A stretch of DNA of 60,922 bases, counting the filler, from Dugesia japonica (Eukaryota), in assembly GCA_001938525.1 (NCBI GenBank). It is 6 parts of 6 records of this genome, joined end to end, with 100 filler letters (N's around TTAATTAATTAA, not from the genome) between each part and the next. Parts side by side here need not be neighbours in the genome. Positions count along the whole stretch, not along the records: positions 8,583 to 17,391 come from MQRL01482191.1; positions 17,492 to 30,597 come from MQRL01591913.1; 4 more parts are not named here. One strand, given 5' to 3'. Below are positions 13,136 to 27,379 of the stretch, in pieces. The translations under genes and the position numbers were made by a program. Within the stretch, counting starts at the first letter, position 1; each line of letters begins with the position of its first letter. Below the pieces are notes generated by a model. It did no database searches, was not told the DNA's origin, and saw only the letters and a list, made by a program, of their open reading frames with translations.

Positions 13136-15181
13136 TAGATATTCACGAAAAACAAGTCAATTTTGGTGAAAATGATGAAGGAANNNNNNNNNNNNNNNNN
13201 NNNNNNNNNNNNNNNNNNNNNNNNNNNNNNNNNNNNNNNNNNNNNNNNNNNNNNNNNNNNNNNNNNNNNNNNNNNNNNNNNNNNNNNNNCAAAGTACAAG
13301 AAATTGTTCGAAGCTGTATAACACTTCAGGAAGCTAAAGTTTTAACAACAAAAACGAAGGAAAAAACAAAAATGACACAACCAGCCGAAATGTTTGAATT
13401 GTTATATTTAGATGTGTGTGGATCACTGCAAGAGGTCGAAAAAGATATGCTCTCGGTATAATGCAGTAAGTATATATCTATGATACTAATGGCAAGACAA
13501 GATGAAGATACCACACGGAAAGCAATAATGGAGAAGTGGATATTAAAGTTCTGGTTTCCGAGAGAAATTCGAGAGAAAAATGAAAGATTTTGCAGCTGAA
13601 CATGGAATTACCCTCAGGCTTTTGAATCCATATTATCCTAATAAAAATGGAAAAATCGAGAGGTAGTTTAGAACTATGCGAAATATGATGAATGTGACAC
13701 TTAAAGAAAAAAATCAAAGATTGGGCTGATGTATTGCCAGAGATAGAATTTACCTTGATTGCTACAAAAAGAAGATCACTGGGAAAAGCCCTGATAAAAT
13801 CGTGTTTGGGAAGAGAATAAAAAGAGAAAAATGGTAAAAAATATATTCTTAAAGAGAGCAAAAAGAACAAGATAAAGAGATATGACCAAAAGACAATTCA
13901 ATGTTGGTGATGAGGTCTTAGTGAAAATTGAAACAAGAAACAAGAACCAAGGTCGTTTTGAATGACCCTATAAAATCAAAGGAAAGGTTCACAACAGACT
14001 TTACATCCTGGAAGATACATGTCAAAATATTCACATTCATCGGAAAAAGTCTCGAAAAAAACGTAGAGAAGATCAAAAAAGTTCTTAAAAAGAGAATGTA
14101 AGTATGTTTTGAAAAGCGAGTTGAAATTTTTGTGGGGTTCGAGATCATTTTTCTTAAAATCTTTTAATTAAAAATAATAATTATTTTGTTTTAAAATTTT
14201 AAATGACGATTTAATAATAAAGTAAAACTTTTGTTTGAAATTTTAGTATTTGAAAAATAATTACCAATTAAAACATATAATTTTAATTTGTTTGAATAAA
14301 CAAAAGTGTTGGGTATAGTTTTGGATTTTTGTGAATAAATCTTTTATGTAATTGAGTTTTGACATTAATGATTCGATGAGTATTTCAAACTCATCTAATA
14401 ATATATATTATATCAAAATCTCAGGTTTGAACCTACTATGCCTCTTCCTCCATACTATCCGGATTTGTTATCACGTGACTTTTTTTATTTATCTGTTAAT
14501 AAATACATTCGTTTTAAACAACAAAAAAATTTTAATTCAAAAAATTATTTAATAAGCAAAGATCAAAATTGCTGTTCTTTTATTTTCAATATTTAAGCAT
14601 AGCCTTCTTCAGGAACTGTTGTTGAAAATATTTTGTACATGGCGGTATTTTTTAAAATTTCTTTTAAAAGCACGGTAGATCCAAAAAATATTAAAATCAA
14701 ATTTGATTTATTTTGAACAATGAAGATAATTGGTAATCCATAATTATTTTTGTAATTTTTTTTCTAAATTTTAATTTTTTTCACCAATAAAAATATAAAA
14801 AGAAGAAAAAAAAGAAATATAAAATATTACTTAGGAAACCATTTTTATACTTTTATTCATAATTTCTGGAAGTAATTAACAAAATTTTTCTTTAAATTTT
14901 CTATTTCTTGGTTATTTATAATNNNNNNNNNNNNNNNNNNNNNNNNNNNNNNNNNNNNNNNNNNNNNNNNNNNNNNNNNNNNNNNNNNNNNNNNAAAAAT
15001 AAGTATAAAAAGCCATATTGATTGTGCTTTGACCTTGTTTATAAATATGAGTGTTGTTTTGTGTTGGATTTAAATATAGTTTCTATGAATTCAAGAGTGT
15101 CAATTTCGTTTAGAAATTCCACTAAAAATAATTTTAGCTTTTATAAATAAAATTATTCATGTAGCAATAATTAATATAGAC

Positions 15182-15470
15182 CAGTGTTTCCCAAACTTTT
15201 TTGACCGAAGCACGGTACGAGCTTTTAAAGTTTTTCCCGATCCACTTTATGAAAAAAACTTAACAATTATATTTATTTAAAATTTTAATAAATGAAGTAA
15301 GCTCTGTTTCCACATATTTTGTCCTTAATGGAAAGAATGATATTGTTTGTTATCACATAACAATTTCAAATTAGGAGATAATGATGTTAACATTATTTTA
15401 GTTTTTACAATTTTTTTTCGAGACCCGGAAAAGTTTTTCTACGATGCGGTGCTGGGTCACGACCCACTTT
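15182..15470 (+). mobile_element. hAT-type MITE remnant
   Basis: Starts CAGTGTTTCCCAAACTTT (typical hAT/Charlie-type TIR) and has GGGTCACGACCCAC near the other end. Confidence 0.5.
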
Positions 15471-17099
15471 TTAACTAAAAGTATAAATAATAATAACTTA
15501 TTTATAATTTAAATAAAGTCAAAAATTTACAATCAATTCTAAATATAAAGGGATTATTTAATTACGACAACTAAAAGAATAAAATGTAATAACAATCATA
15601 TCTAAAATTTACAAAATCCTTGACAATTCAGTTAACAACTAAAAAAATCTATTAATTACAACTTAACAAAAAAATAAATTGCAATTAGAAATGAAAATAC
15701 TAACAAAATATAATTATACAAACTAATCAATTTACGTAACAATTTTTTTTATTCTAAATCTGTTTTACGAAATTACACACTTTAATAACATTTTAAAAAC
15801 TGACAAAAATCTAATATTTAAACAAACTTGAATTTCATTATAATAAACATTTGATTTAATTTAATTCTAAATTTTTTCAATGAACTAAATTAACCAATAA
15901 TATTCTTTTATCAATTCTACCTAAGTGTAATGGATGTAATGTCACACACGTCGAAGAGACTTCCAGTATACTGAATGGATTTTTAGAAAATTGAATAACG
16001 TTTTGCTGTTTTAATTTTGCTAATTAAATTTTGTATATTTGAGTTTGTGTTTAAGACAATTAGTATAAATATTTATTTAATTCATTTTTAACAGTATTAT
16101 CGGTTGGAAAAATATATAATTTTACAAATTATTCTTACAAAGTTGAATTTTGAAAATTTTCGACAGTCAATTTAAATTTTTAACAAACTTTATTTTTCTT
16201 TAGTCAGATATCTGGAAAGCCTTAACGGTTTTATAAAATTTAAATATATTTTCAATTTATTTTATTATGCTCTTTTCGTAATGTGAAATTTTTGAGTTGA
16301 AATAATTAAATTACTGAATTTCCTAAGAACATATTATTTTTGATTGAATAATTTCCTTTTTACATTAGCCGTTCATCAAAGTTTTGTTTACAGAAAAAAT
16401 GGCAGCTCTTAAACGATAAACAACTGAATATTAAAAGTTCAGTTTATCTGGTAACAAAAAACCATTTATAATTTATTGTTTTGAATATGACAAAATTTAG
16501 ATTTTTGAAAATAAATTATATATTAAAAGTATTCTAAATTTAAGCGAAAATTTCACACACACATGTATATATATATATATATATATTAGACATAAATTTG
16601 CAGTATATTTTCATTACCGGTTCTCTGTAAAAAATTCTTTAAATTCTACAAAATACCAATACACAGTTTTAAAATGAAAATGTGTACACTCAATTTTACA
16701 AGACTTGAAAATATTTTCTAAATTTTCATTATTTTCAAGGTAATTTTTATTTGTAATTTATTATATCACATTTAAATGAATCTAGTGTAATTCTTTAACA
16801 TTAGTAAATTTCATAATTATGACTGAATATAAAAGTATGAATAATTGAAACAATAAGAGGTAAACAAAATCAACGTTTGTTATCATAAAAACAATCTACA
16901 TCATTGTTGTGAGTTAAAATGTAATAGTGAGTAAATATAATGTTAATAAAACAGAAAATTATTATTAAATAGATTCTAATAGCATGATTATAATAAATGT
17001 TATATTAAAAAGCATCGGTGCACAACATTTTTTGTTTACTTCATCAGTTAACCTCAAAGTCGCGGACCATGCATGTAAAAACTAAGGGCCACAGGTTGT

Positions 17100-17305
17100 G
17101 CATCACTGATATTACACGTATTATATTATACTACATAACTTAGAAAATTGAATATACCACTGTTAAAGTGTCATTTACAGCTAGCATTTTGGAGGAGAAC
17201 GTTGTGAATCCGTGTAATGATGGTTGCATAGAATTATATTTCAATAGAAATACATTTTATATTTTTCATGGACTTGGGTTTCGAGCCACGAGTTGCCAAT
17301 CACTG
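17100..17305. repeat. Short dispersed element; uninterrupted counterpart of the copy split by an LTR at 47073-49070
   Basis: CACTGTTAAAGTGTCATTT…CATGGACTTGGGT is the reverse complement of 47098-47221, and 17100-17160 matches 48931-48990. Confidence 0.75.
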
Positions 17306-17391
17306 TTATAAAGTATTAAAATGTGTTAATATATAGTCTATTTACAGAGTATATCATTATATATACTAAACATATTAAGGTTAAATAAGGT

Positions 17392-17491
17392 NNNNNNNNN
17401 NNNNNNNNNNNNNNNNNNNNNNNNNNNNNNNNNNNTTAATTAATTAANNNNNNNNNNNNNNNNNNNNNNNNNNNNNNNNNNNNNNNNNNNN
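17392..17491. other. Artificial contig spacer
   Basis: N44-TTAATTAATTAA-N44. Confidence 0.97.
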
Positions 17492-17659
17492 ATACATATA
17501 TAAATATAAATACATATATTATTTAAATTAATTAGTTAATTAATTATATCCCTAATAATATATATAAAACATTATAGAAATATTTATTTAATTATTTGAA
17601 ATGCTTCCAAATAGCTACGTGGTTATTGCTATATTCTTTTAGTTTTTTTAGTCTAGTGT

Positions 17660-18560
17660 CATCTTCCAATTTATGTTTCCTCAACCAACTTTTAACACAA
17701 GGAGTAGCATCCCCAATTTTCAGAGGACGACCAATTAAATTCAAAGTCATCAAATGCGATATGCTTTTCACTGGCTCTTAAATCAGTAATTTTGGTATTC
17801 ATCAATGAATACCCATTTTCAGTCTCAGCCCTGTTAAGAGCAATCGTATTAATGACATTTTTAGCTTAATGAATACTTATTAAGAACCATGATCTTTCGA
17901 TTGTCATTACTTATTATATTTTTGCAAATAATCTCAAAAATCATTTCTATTGATGTCAAAATTGAAAATATTTTAAAATTCATTGAATTTCCCTTCGGTT
18001 TCTATCCATGGAATTAGAATATCATCAACATTCCAACTTTTCGGCTTAAACAAATGTGCAAATTCATAAAATTTTGCAATTATCATTAATTTTTTTACCA
18101 ATATTTGAGCGCATCCATCAATATTAATTTCATATTTTTTATTATGCTGTCAGTAAGAAAATTTCTTCGAAGGCTTTCATAAATTCTGTTTTCAGTTAAC
18201 ATATTTTTTTTTAATTCATCAGACTTTATAACTTCATCCACATTTTTTCATAATTACCACGACGATCCTTTATAATTTGAAAAGCTTTAAGTGTGCTTCA
18301 AATGGATTGATCTTCTCTGGTAACATTTACATTCTAGCTTAAAGCGCAGTTGACAATGAAAAGCATTCATGAAGGATATCAATCATTTAAGTTAAATCTT
18401 TTATGTTAGACGTGAAAATAGAATTAAGCATAACATATATATATATTCTAAACACAAAATGTAACAAATAAATATAGCTTTTGAGGAATCAGTTATGCAA
18501 TAATTTCTGACCACTAAAATCATACGCACATTCAAACAGCCAATCTCGTATTCACCTATT
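17660..18560 (-). pseudogene. Decayed hAT transposase (ZNF862-like C-terminal dimerisation region)
   Basis: AETENGYSLMNTKITDLRA (cf. A.CERGFS.MN.I.T..R) followed by IGRPLKIGDATPCVKSWLRKH. Confidence 0.6.
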
Positions 18561-20559
18561 GTGACATACATATATCAATTTACTTATATAANGGTCAATA
18601 TGAAAATATTATATTATTCTTAGTCATATCTCACATTCTAGATAAAACGTATTATGAAATTTCTTTGTCATTCCAGAGTTCAAAGAAAAGAATGTATACA
18701 ATGAAGGATAGTTTCGTTATACAGCAAGAGCAGTTCTTAAGCTACATAAAACCCATCTTGGTCTTAACACTCTTCCAATTTTAACCACGTCAAAATTAAG
18801 GTCCTGGGAAATATAAATCAGTTCTTTTTGGTTTTTATTAGATTGATGAAAAATATTTTGTTAGGGAGGTTTCGTTTTTGTGATCAACAGCTATCCTTTT
18901 CCTAAAATTTCACCAGAACATCAGATAACATGGAAAACACTAGGAACAGGCTATATTTCCATACTTCACAGGAAATATAGTAATTCACAGGAAAAAAAAT
19001 AATTAACGAATATAATCATAAAATCAATGTAATTTATAAATAAAAAAAATTAAAATTAACCAAGATTAATTCAATAAATAAATTAATTCAATAAAATATT
19101 TCTATTATAAAAATAAATATTGAATAAATCAAAAAGTCAATTTCTGACCAAGACAAAGTCGAGAATTTGAAATACTATTAAAAACAAAAAAATTTGATTA
19201 ACGCTTTTATTTTAATGGAATCTTAAATACGATCAATGGTTATGTCCAACAATTATTCTCACAATAATTGTAATTGTAAAAATATTTTTTAATATTTAAA
19301 TATTGATTTTTTTAAAGATTCAAATGTTCCACTCATTTAAATTGTTTCTATTTCTTTATTCTCAAATTGTTCCCAATAAATATCTATTTTAATTAATTAA
19401 TTTTGAATTATGTATTTATTTATATTTATGTAAATATACTTTATATTTATCAATTCTCGTTATTAAATTGTCGATTAAGAAAATCAGAACCAATAGTATT
19501 AGCGTGATAGCCGGAATTCCAAATTGTTTTTCGGTAGACGGCTTAAAATTTGAAATACTGTTTTTCATAAGGTTGAGATATCTTCGTCCCAATAGTGATT
19601 ATCGTGTTGAATTATACATATATAGTAATTCCTGTTTAAAACTCCGATGGTTCATGTTTCCGTAATTTTTGAAAGGATAAATATTACAACAATAAATTAA
19701 GTATATTTATTAACTAACAAATAAAACCTTGGTAACAGAAAATTTCTTCTCTCAGTTGAATAAGTTTTTCAAACTTGTAAAACTAATGTAAAACTAATGC
19801 ATTAACTGTTGCGTTTCATGAAATTTAGCATTAATTCGATATTTTGTAGACGTTTTAAATGTCTAAAATCGATAAATTAAATAAAAGTATTTTCAAAATA
19901 TTTATATTTCGAAATATATTTTTTTTCTTCATTATATATTTCAACACATTAAAGAATTTAATTTATTTTGATATTAATATTAATNNNNNNNNNNNNNNNN
20001 NNNNNNNNNNNNNNNNNNNNNNNNNNNNNNNNNNNNNNNNNNNNNNNNNNNNNNNNNNNNNNNNNNNNNNNNNNNNNNNNNNNNNNNNNNNNNNNNNNNN
20101 NNNNNNNNNNNNNNNNNNNNNNNNNNNNNNNNNNNNNNNNNNNNNNNNNNNNNNNNNNNNNNNNNNNNNNNNNNNNNNNNNNNNNNNNNNNNNNNNNNNN
20201 NNNNNNNNNNTGTGAAAATTACACTTTGTGTAACTATTCACTTTTATAAATTTTTAACCATTGATCTGTGAATTAAAAAAATTAAATATTTTCCAAATTA
20301 CGAAAATAAACTAATTCGTATATCAAAAACGTTTCAAAAAAATTTTTCTTTTTAAAATTTTTATTTAAGTAACAAAAACGTTTTCATTAAATTATTATTT
20401 TAAAATCTTCTGAACTTTCAAAACAAAATTGACATTNNNNNNNNNNNNNNNNNNNNNNNNNNNNNNNNNNNNNNNNNNNNNNNNNNNNNNNNNNNNNNNN
20501 NNNNNNNNNNNNNNNNNNNNNCAGCCAGAGCACAAAAAAGTTTAACTCGCTTCTAAACT

Positions 20560-21380
20560 ACTCACATTCCCCCTTTTAAGAAATTTTTTAATCTTTACGT
20601 TTCTTTCGAAACTTTTTCCGTTTGTATCTTCCAGGATTTAACGTCTTTCACGAAACCTTTCTCTTGATCTTCTAAAGTCCTTTATAACTATCTTGGTTTC
20701 TATTTCTGGTTTCAGGTTTCATTAAGACCTCATCACCAACCTCGAATTGTCTTTTGGTTAATATTTTTTCCTCTTGTTCTTTCTGCACTCTGAGTATTGG
20801 TTTCATACCATTTTTCTCTGCTGATTTTCTTCCCAAATACGATTTCGGCCGGGCTTTTCCCGATACTTTTCTGTTTTGTAGCGTTTAAAGTAAATTCTAT
20901 CTCTGGCAATAAATCCGCCCAATCTGAGGTTTTCTTTCTTTAAGTGTTGCATTAATCAGATCCCGCATAGTTCTAAACTNTCTCTCGATTTGCCCATTTG
21001 TGCTATAATGATATGGACTCGAAAACCTGAGGGAAATGCTATGTTCAACTACAAAATCTTTCATTGATTTAGACAAAAAAGCTCTTCAACAATCAACTCA
21101 TATTTTTCTTGGACACCTGAACTTAAATATCCACTTCTTCAATATTGCTTTCCGTATAGTATCATCTTGTCTTGTCATTACTATCAAGACTACATACTTA
21201 CTGCATTGGTCTATTATACCGAGAACATATTTTTTCCGACCTCTTGTCTCCGGCAGTGGTCCACACACATCTATAAATAACAGTTCAACATTTCGGCTGG
21301 CTGCGTCTTTGTTGTTTCTTTCTTCCCTTTTGTTGTCAACACTTTACCTTTTTGGATGTTATACAGCTTTGGACAACCTC
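20560..21380 (-). pseudogene. Ty3/gypsy integrase fragment, same family as 13290-14090
   Basis: ELLFIDVCGPLP, FSSPYHYSTNGQIER, DWADLLPEIEFTLNAT..GKSPAEIVFG. Confidence 0.8.
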
Positions 21381-23951
21381 TTATTATTATTATTGTTATT
21401 ATTATTATTACAAAATTAAATAATTATCCTTGTAGATGATTGGCCTTCAATTTTCAGAAGTACTACGAAATTAGGATTGGGAGTCGTTACAATTGGTTTT
21501 AATATAATATTTATTTGGCAACACTTTGTATTGTATAAATATATAGATCCGTGTTTAATAGATAAAATATAAAATAACAAACAATATATCTTGTGTTTAA
21601 TTTTTGATAATAATTTGAGGCTGTTGCGATATTTTTTTTATTATTTTTCATATCAGTTAATATAATAATCTCCAATATTTGTTATTCTTATTCATAGTAT
21701 AACAGCGGTATTTTCATTTTGCTAATTATTAGTAATACCGTTATCNNNNNNNNNNNNNNNNNNNNNNNNNNNNNNNNNNNNNNNNNNNNNNNNNNNNNNN
21801 NNNNNNNNNNNNNNNNNNNNNATTTATTTTTGGGTATATTATCTTTGAGATGATTATATAATCGTCCTGCATTTCTAATATGAGTAAACTATGTTTGATT
21901 GCATGAATGTATGTTATACATTATCATGACAGTCACCATTCTGGTGAAAATTATTGACATAATAATGAGCCTTAAATAACGGTATCCCCAGATATCATAT
22001 TTTGTGTGATATATGGCGATTTTGTTAGGTTCATCATTATGTCCCAAAGAATAATGACTTTCAGGATTATACATATATATATATATATATATCCTTATAT
22101 TTAAATTTTCTTACTAAGTGATATAACTGCAAAACGTGTCATGGATATTATTTTTGTTAAAAATTGACAGTTCTAGTATTGTGTAAAATGATCCGAGGAT
22201 TCTAAGACCACATTATTTCTAGAATATTGCAAAACTAGGGATCCGATTTATTTGACAAACAATTATATTTAATATACTCTTTTTAAATGCAAATGTGAAC
22301 TAAAACCATTTTAAAATTATAAATTCTTTTTAACATTAGTATAGAGCAGGGTGTAGTTCAAATTTTGATTCTGTAAAGAATACTTAAACCTCTTAATGTA
22401 ATTCAAAAAGTCTAGCTAAAGCTTTACCCATGATAACCTCCTCCTATCATTTCCCCTTTAATGATGTTTTTTGAACTGTTTTGTTTTTCCGTGATGCTGA
22501 AACTCTACATTCCTTCCATTCGTTAGATTAGCTCAATTTTTTATTACTGACAAACAATCCGTCATATTTCATTTGAAATCGGTTTTATTGTTTCGAATTC
22601 CATCAGATCAATAAATGGTTAGTGGTGTTTGCCTGATTACTGAAATTCTTGGGTACACGCTACTCCAAAGTTTGTAAACCTTCAATTGCCTCTAATTCGG
22701 ATGACCTGGTGTCACTGGTTTTTGTTTCTTCTCTTATTTTCTTTAGAAAAATACGTGGTTAACACATTTTTTCTATTCGTCTTTGAAATATAAAAATTAA
22801 ATTACGTTGAAATAATGATATTGTAGATAATTAAAATTGAACTAACCTTTTACCAGTCATTTTAGAAATCTACACTTTTTATTAATGCAAATCAGTGTGT
22901 TTTAATTTATTCTAAAATAAAAATATAAATAAAGATAATCAAGATAGGTTCAAGAAAAATTTAAATTAAAATTTTGTTGGGGTTTCAAACACCAAGCTTG
23001 TTTATCTCTCAAATATTTAGGTTGAAAGACTCAGATTTCTCTGACTCCTATATCAGATAAAAGTCCGTCTCAGAAAGAAAACTAACTATAAAATAAAAGT
23101 TACCCGGTAATTCTTGAAATCAAACACAAATTTTCAACTTCAATTCCTTTATTAATTAAAACAATCTTCACAAATTCTTTATACAATGTTTTATTATTAT
23201 TTTTTTCAAAATGAGTTATTTATACAAGTGCGATTATTGCTAGAATAATTGACCTTTTTCAAGTTAATTCCTGAAGAAGACAAAGTCAAAATATCGAATT
23301 GTTATCAAATACCCATTAGAAAAACAAAAACTTTGATCGAAGCTTTTATTTTAAATGAGTTGTTTATATATCACAATTGTTACACACTCATTACCAGTTT
23401 CACACCAAAGGGTAAAGAAAATTTATAATACAATACTTTAACAAATAAGAATGATTTTTGTTGCAACTCTCAATTTCCAATCAGTATCGTTCAATCATTT
23501 AAGGTTTCATTCGTCACACATCCACTTCCCACATTTTAAAATTCCCACTTCAATGATAAGAACAGCAACTATATTGGTCACACATCACATTTTGTTAATT
23601 TATTCTTACTAGGGAGGGTCTCGATTTAATCAAATCTATTTGTAACGATTTTATTTTCTTAAATTTATTCTCGATCCCTTTATTTTCAGCCATCAAATTT
23701 TTATGTATTTTAATTTATTATTTCATTTGCTTTTATTATTTTTTTCTACAATGTGTTTCATCACTGACTCATTTATAAAAATGATTTCACATAATTAGAA
23801 ATAATCAGTGGTATCATATGTTCATAATTTTTATATTATTGCTTTAATTTATTATATTGCAGTATCATATTTATTATTTTACAATAATATGATTTATTGT
23901 AAATTTGATTTATTATAACTCATTTTTCATATTTTTCCCGATTTATAATAT

Positions 23952-26334
23952 TGTTGGGGTTCCACCTGAGTCGAATGATGATAAAAGTGTGGCTGGGGAA
24001 AAACAGCCCTCAGGGCAACCCGTTCAAGAATTTAACCTACCGCCCCCTATTAACATGGATAACACAATAGCTAAGAACGAGGAACTTGCACACCCTTATC
24101 CATCATGAGAGGAGACAAGGGTATGAGTTCCTTTAGTTTTAGTATGTCGTTTACTAGTTTATTCTCTCGGTCATGGCAGGACCGGATAATATCTGCCAGA
24201 GAACTCAACTGGTTTTTCCAGGCTCTCTCCTGTTGGTATGAAGCTTCGGCTTCGGCTTTGAAAGAAAAGCATTTTGTTTTATAGCGCTTAACCTTAGCCT
24301 CCGCATTAGCGACATCGGCCTCCCAGCGCCTTTTGGCTAGACTATAAAGGTCCCATGTGAGATCAAGGTCTTCATTTGTCTCTCGCAACTTTCATTATTA
24401 CGGCCATGTATTTTTAACCCGATGATGTCCATAAGAATCCGGTTACCATGTAGGGAATAATAATAGAATTGATAGCAAAAATAAAGCTGGTAGCTACCTC
24501 GCTTATCCTACGGACTTGGTCATAATATATTCAGTTATGCCGCTAATTGTCCTAATAACCCAGAAAGAAAGGATTAAAGCGCTAGATTGACTCTACTGAT
24601 ACCAACCCTCTGGCAATGGCCATATTAACCATTACGTTCATAATGGTAGACAGTATGGTCAAACTATAATAATATTAATAAGGTGTTGAATAATAGTGAC
24701 AATGATATCAATAATATTATCAATGATCATAATAATAATCCTTTGGTGATATTAATAATACCGGTTTCGTCCACACGAATATCATCAATGATGAATATAG
24801 CGTTGATCAGATTTATAATCCCCCATAAACCAATTATGATGATAAAGTATTTGTTAATATCAAATGGTGCACGAAATTATATGTTAATAAATGTAGAAAT
24901 CTTTTTTAATTCAGAAAGATATATATTTTTTTAATTTGCCTGAAGGTCATGATTTAAATAACTGCGGGGATAGGTTGCTTAGCAACACCAACTACTTCCA
25001 AGGATCATATTACACACAGATTTTAACTACTTGTAGGTGTGTAAACCAAAATGAACATTGGATTTTGCTAACCGTAGTCGATTTCACATGGGTTACCTTA
25101 GGGAAACGATTCATTGGGACAAATTAAGCTAAAATCTGAATGGTGAGTGATCGTTATTATGTTGAATTTGGGGACGTTATTAACGGTTATCGTTCAAATT
25201 AATCATATGGTGTAGTAGATCCGATGGTTGAAAATCCAGATAGCCGCAAAAATCAAATAACTAACCCAATTTATCTATTAATAAAATGTTTGAAAAAAAA
25301 AATTAATTTGAGTTCAATATTCATTTAATCCACATTAAAATTTTATTACATTAAACATAACATACAAAATACTTACTATTAAATAATCGGTACAAGTTCT
25401 GCAACAGAATAATAATTACCGGGGAATGAGCTGTATATTTTTCTTCCTTCTTCTTTACTTGATACCAACAGTTTAACTTTGACTGTGTTGATAAAATTGA
25501 AAATCAGTAATGCTTAATGAATAATTAATTAGGTGCGCGATAACGAGTTACGTAGTTTTCCGTTTGTGAATATTATAATAAAATTCCTGCTGAGAGTTTC
25601 GTAATAATTGAGAAGATATCTAATACGGTTTTTGTCACAAAACGTTAATGAAAATATCGTTATTTTTTTGTAGTTATTTGTTCTAACTTCATGCTTCCTT
25701 ATATATGGCTTTTCCTCGTACCCCAACTTTGTTCATATTCGTTGGTTATTTTTAGTTTGAAATAATCCATTTATATTGGCGCTGATGCTAGTTTTTAGAG
25801 TTTTTTTTCAGATGTTTTGGAATTCTATTGGTGCCCATTTCTGGAATGGCACATGATAATGATGCCTTTGTTTCATTTATATTTTTTAGGTTTCTTATAT
25901 GTCCGATCTTGGAAACCTTGCAGTAACCTTCTGTATGGTGGTGAGTTTTTTCTTCCGAGCAAGTTCAATGCTTCTTGTTGTTTTCTCTCCGTATTTTCTT
26001 GCCCGGATTTCCTCCGACTTTCCTGACCAGAGTTATTTGCATAAAACCGATTTTGTCTCAATTTTAATTAATTTTTCCGTTTAAATTAACTGCTATTTTT
26101 TGTATTTATTTCTTCTTTTGTTATTTATTTTCTTTAATAATTTTATTAATTTTGCGGTTATTGTTATTAATCACGTTTAATTTGATCTTCCGAGTTTTCC
26201 ATTTTTACTCAATATTATTGTCCGGATTTTCCATATTTGCTTTTCTTACCATGTTCCTTCTTGTACTTTTTATTTTGACATTGGGCTATTCATGACCCCT
26301 TGATTTTCATTCCTCTGGGTGTTTCGCCCCAACA
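23952..26334 (-). mobile_element. Long (2383-bp) solo LTR related to the giant element's LTR, with 4-bp TSD
   Basis: Termini TGTTGGGG (23952) and GTGTTTCGCCCCAACA (ends 26334), flanked by ATAT/ATAT. Minus-strand CCAAT-GGGGT-TATATAA promoter module around 25699-25780. Confidence 0.85.
24071..24388 (-). CDS. Small predicted coiled-coil ORF inside the solo LTR
   Basis: 105-aa stop-free, locally GC-rich frame with heptad-like A/L/K/E pattern; TTG start only. Confidence 0.4.
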   Translation of the reverse strand: MRETNEDLDLTWDLYSLAKRRWEADVANAEAKVKRYKTKCFSFKAEAEASYQQERAWKNQLSSLADIIRSCHDRENKLVNDILKLKELIPLSPLMMDKGVQVPRS

Positions 26335-27379
26335 ATATTTATTGCTATATTAGTCATTTATGGTCTGGAAATTTTTTGTTTACATTTTTGTAAAACTTTA
26401 CAATTTCATTATACATCTATTGAGCATTTAATTAATTGAGTCATTTTATTTTGAAAGTATCTTCATTATATTTCTATTTATAATTTCTTTTTGTACATTT
26501 ATTTTATTATAATATGAATTCTACCCATTTAAATTTAAACATTTTCGTAAAAATGGGATTTATTAAAAATAATTATAACAATAATACTAATAATAACAAT
26601 AATACTAATAATAAAAACAATTATAATTATATGTGTTTAAGGTATATTATTAATAATTTTGTTATTTATTTTTTTACATTTATTTTACTATAATAACAAT
26701 TTGAAGAAAATTTCTTTCAAAAAAAGTATAAAAAAATATAAATATAGAGCAATTCGAAAGTATTTTATTTCCATTATAAGCCGGTTCACACAAACCGGTC
26801 GGAAAGCAGCACTGTTTATGCTGCACCCTCCTTCTGTACATATTCTTCGATAATCAAAAGAGACCATTTGAAGTGTACACACAAGACTGAATAATTTAAT
26901 TTCAACATAAATTACCGAATATTTTATAAATTACATATTCTCATCTAATCATCTCTCTGTTAAAATAAATATCCTTAAAAATCGAAAAATGTGTGGAATA
27001 AAAAAATACTTTAATCATTAAATAAAGGCCATGTAAATACAAAGTCTTCAACCTGGTTATCTTCAATTAAAAATTCATCGTTTGCTTGGTCATTGTGTTT
27101 GCGTTTAAACACTTATAAAATAGACACTATAAACCTCGAAAATATTACAAAAAGTAATTAAGAATAAATTGCCACAAATAAATCAAATAAATTATAATTA
27201 CATCATCAAATCAATAAGTAGTTTAAATTAAAGTAGTATTTCACAGAATGGGTGAAATCATAACAAGTGTAATTAATAAATAAATAAAATAGAAAATAAA
27301 ATAATTTTTTTATCAAGATCAAAAATATAATAATAAGCATTATTTGAAAATTAAATTAAACTTTGTTTATTCTTGAAAT

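Larger units (their letters stand above)
9783..14364 (+). mobile_element. Decayed Ty3/gypsy LTR element (two LTR-like copies, gag remnant, RNase H/integrase remnants) with a nested polymerase B fragment
   Basis: Direct repeats ~9783-10215 and ~14097-14330. PBS-like TGGCGAC at 10009. Purine tract AAAAGAGAA before TGTAAG at 14097. RNase H motifs TDASF, TRKELLAI, ITDHKA. Integrase-like LYLDVCG, WADVLPEIEF. Confidence 0.75.

Noticed and set aside
18700-18960. Possible minus-strand exon (KELIYISQDLNFDVVKIGRV)
   Set aside because: Too short and interrupted to assign.
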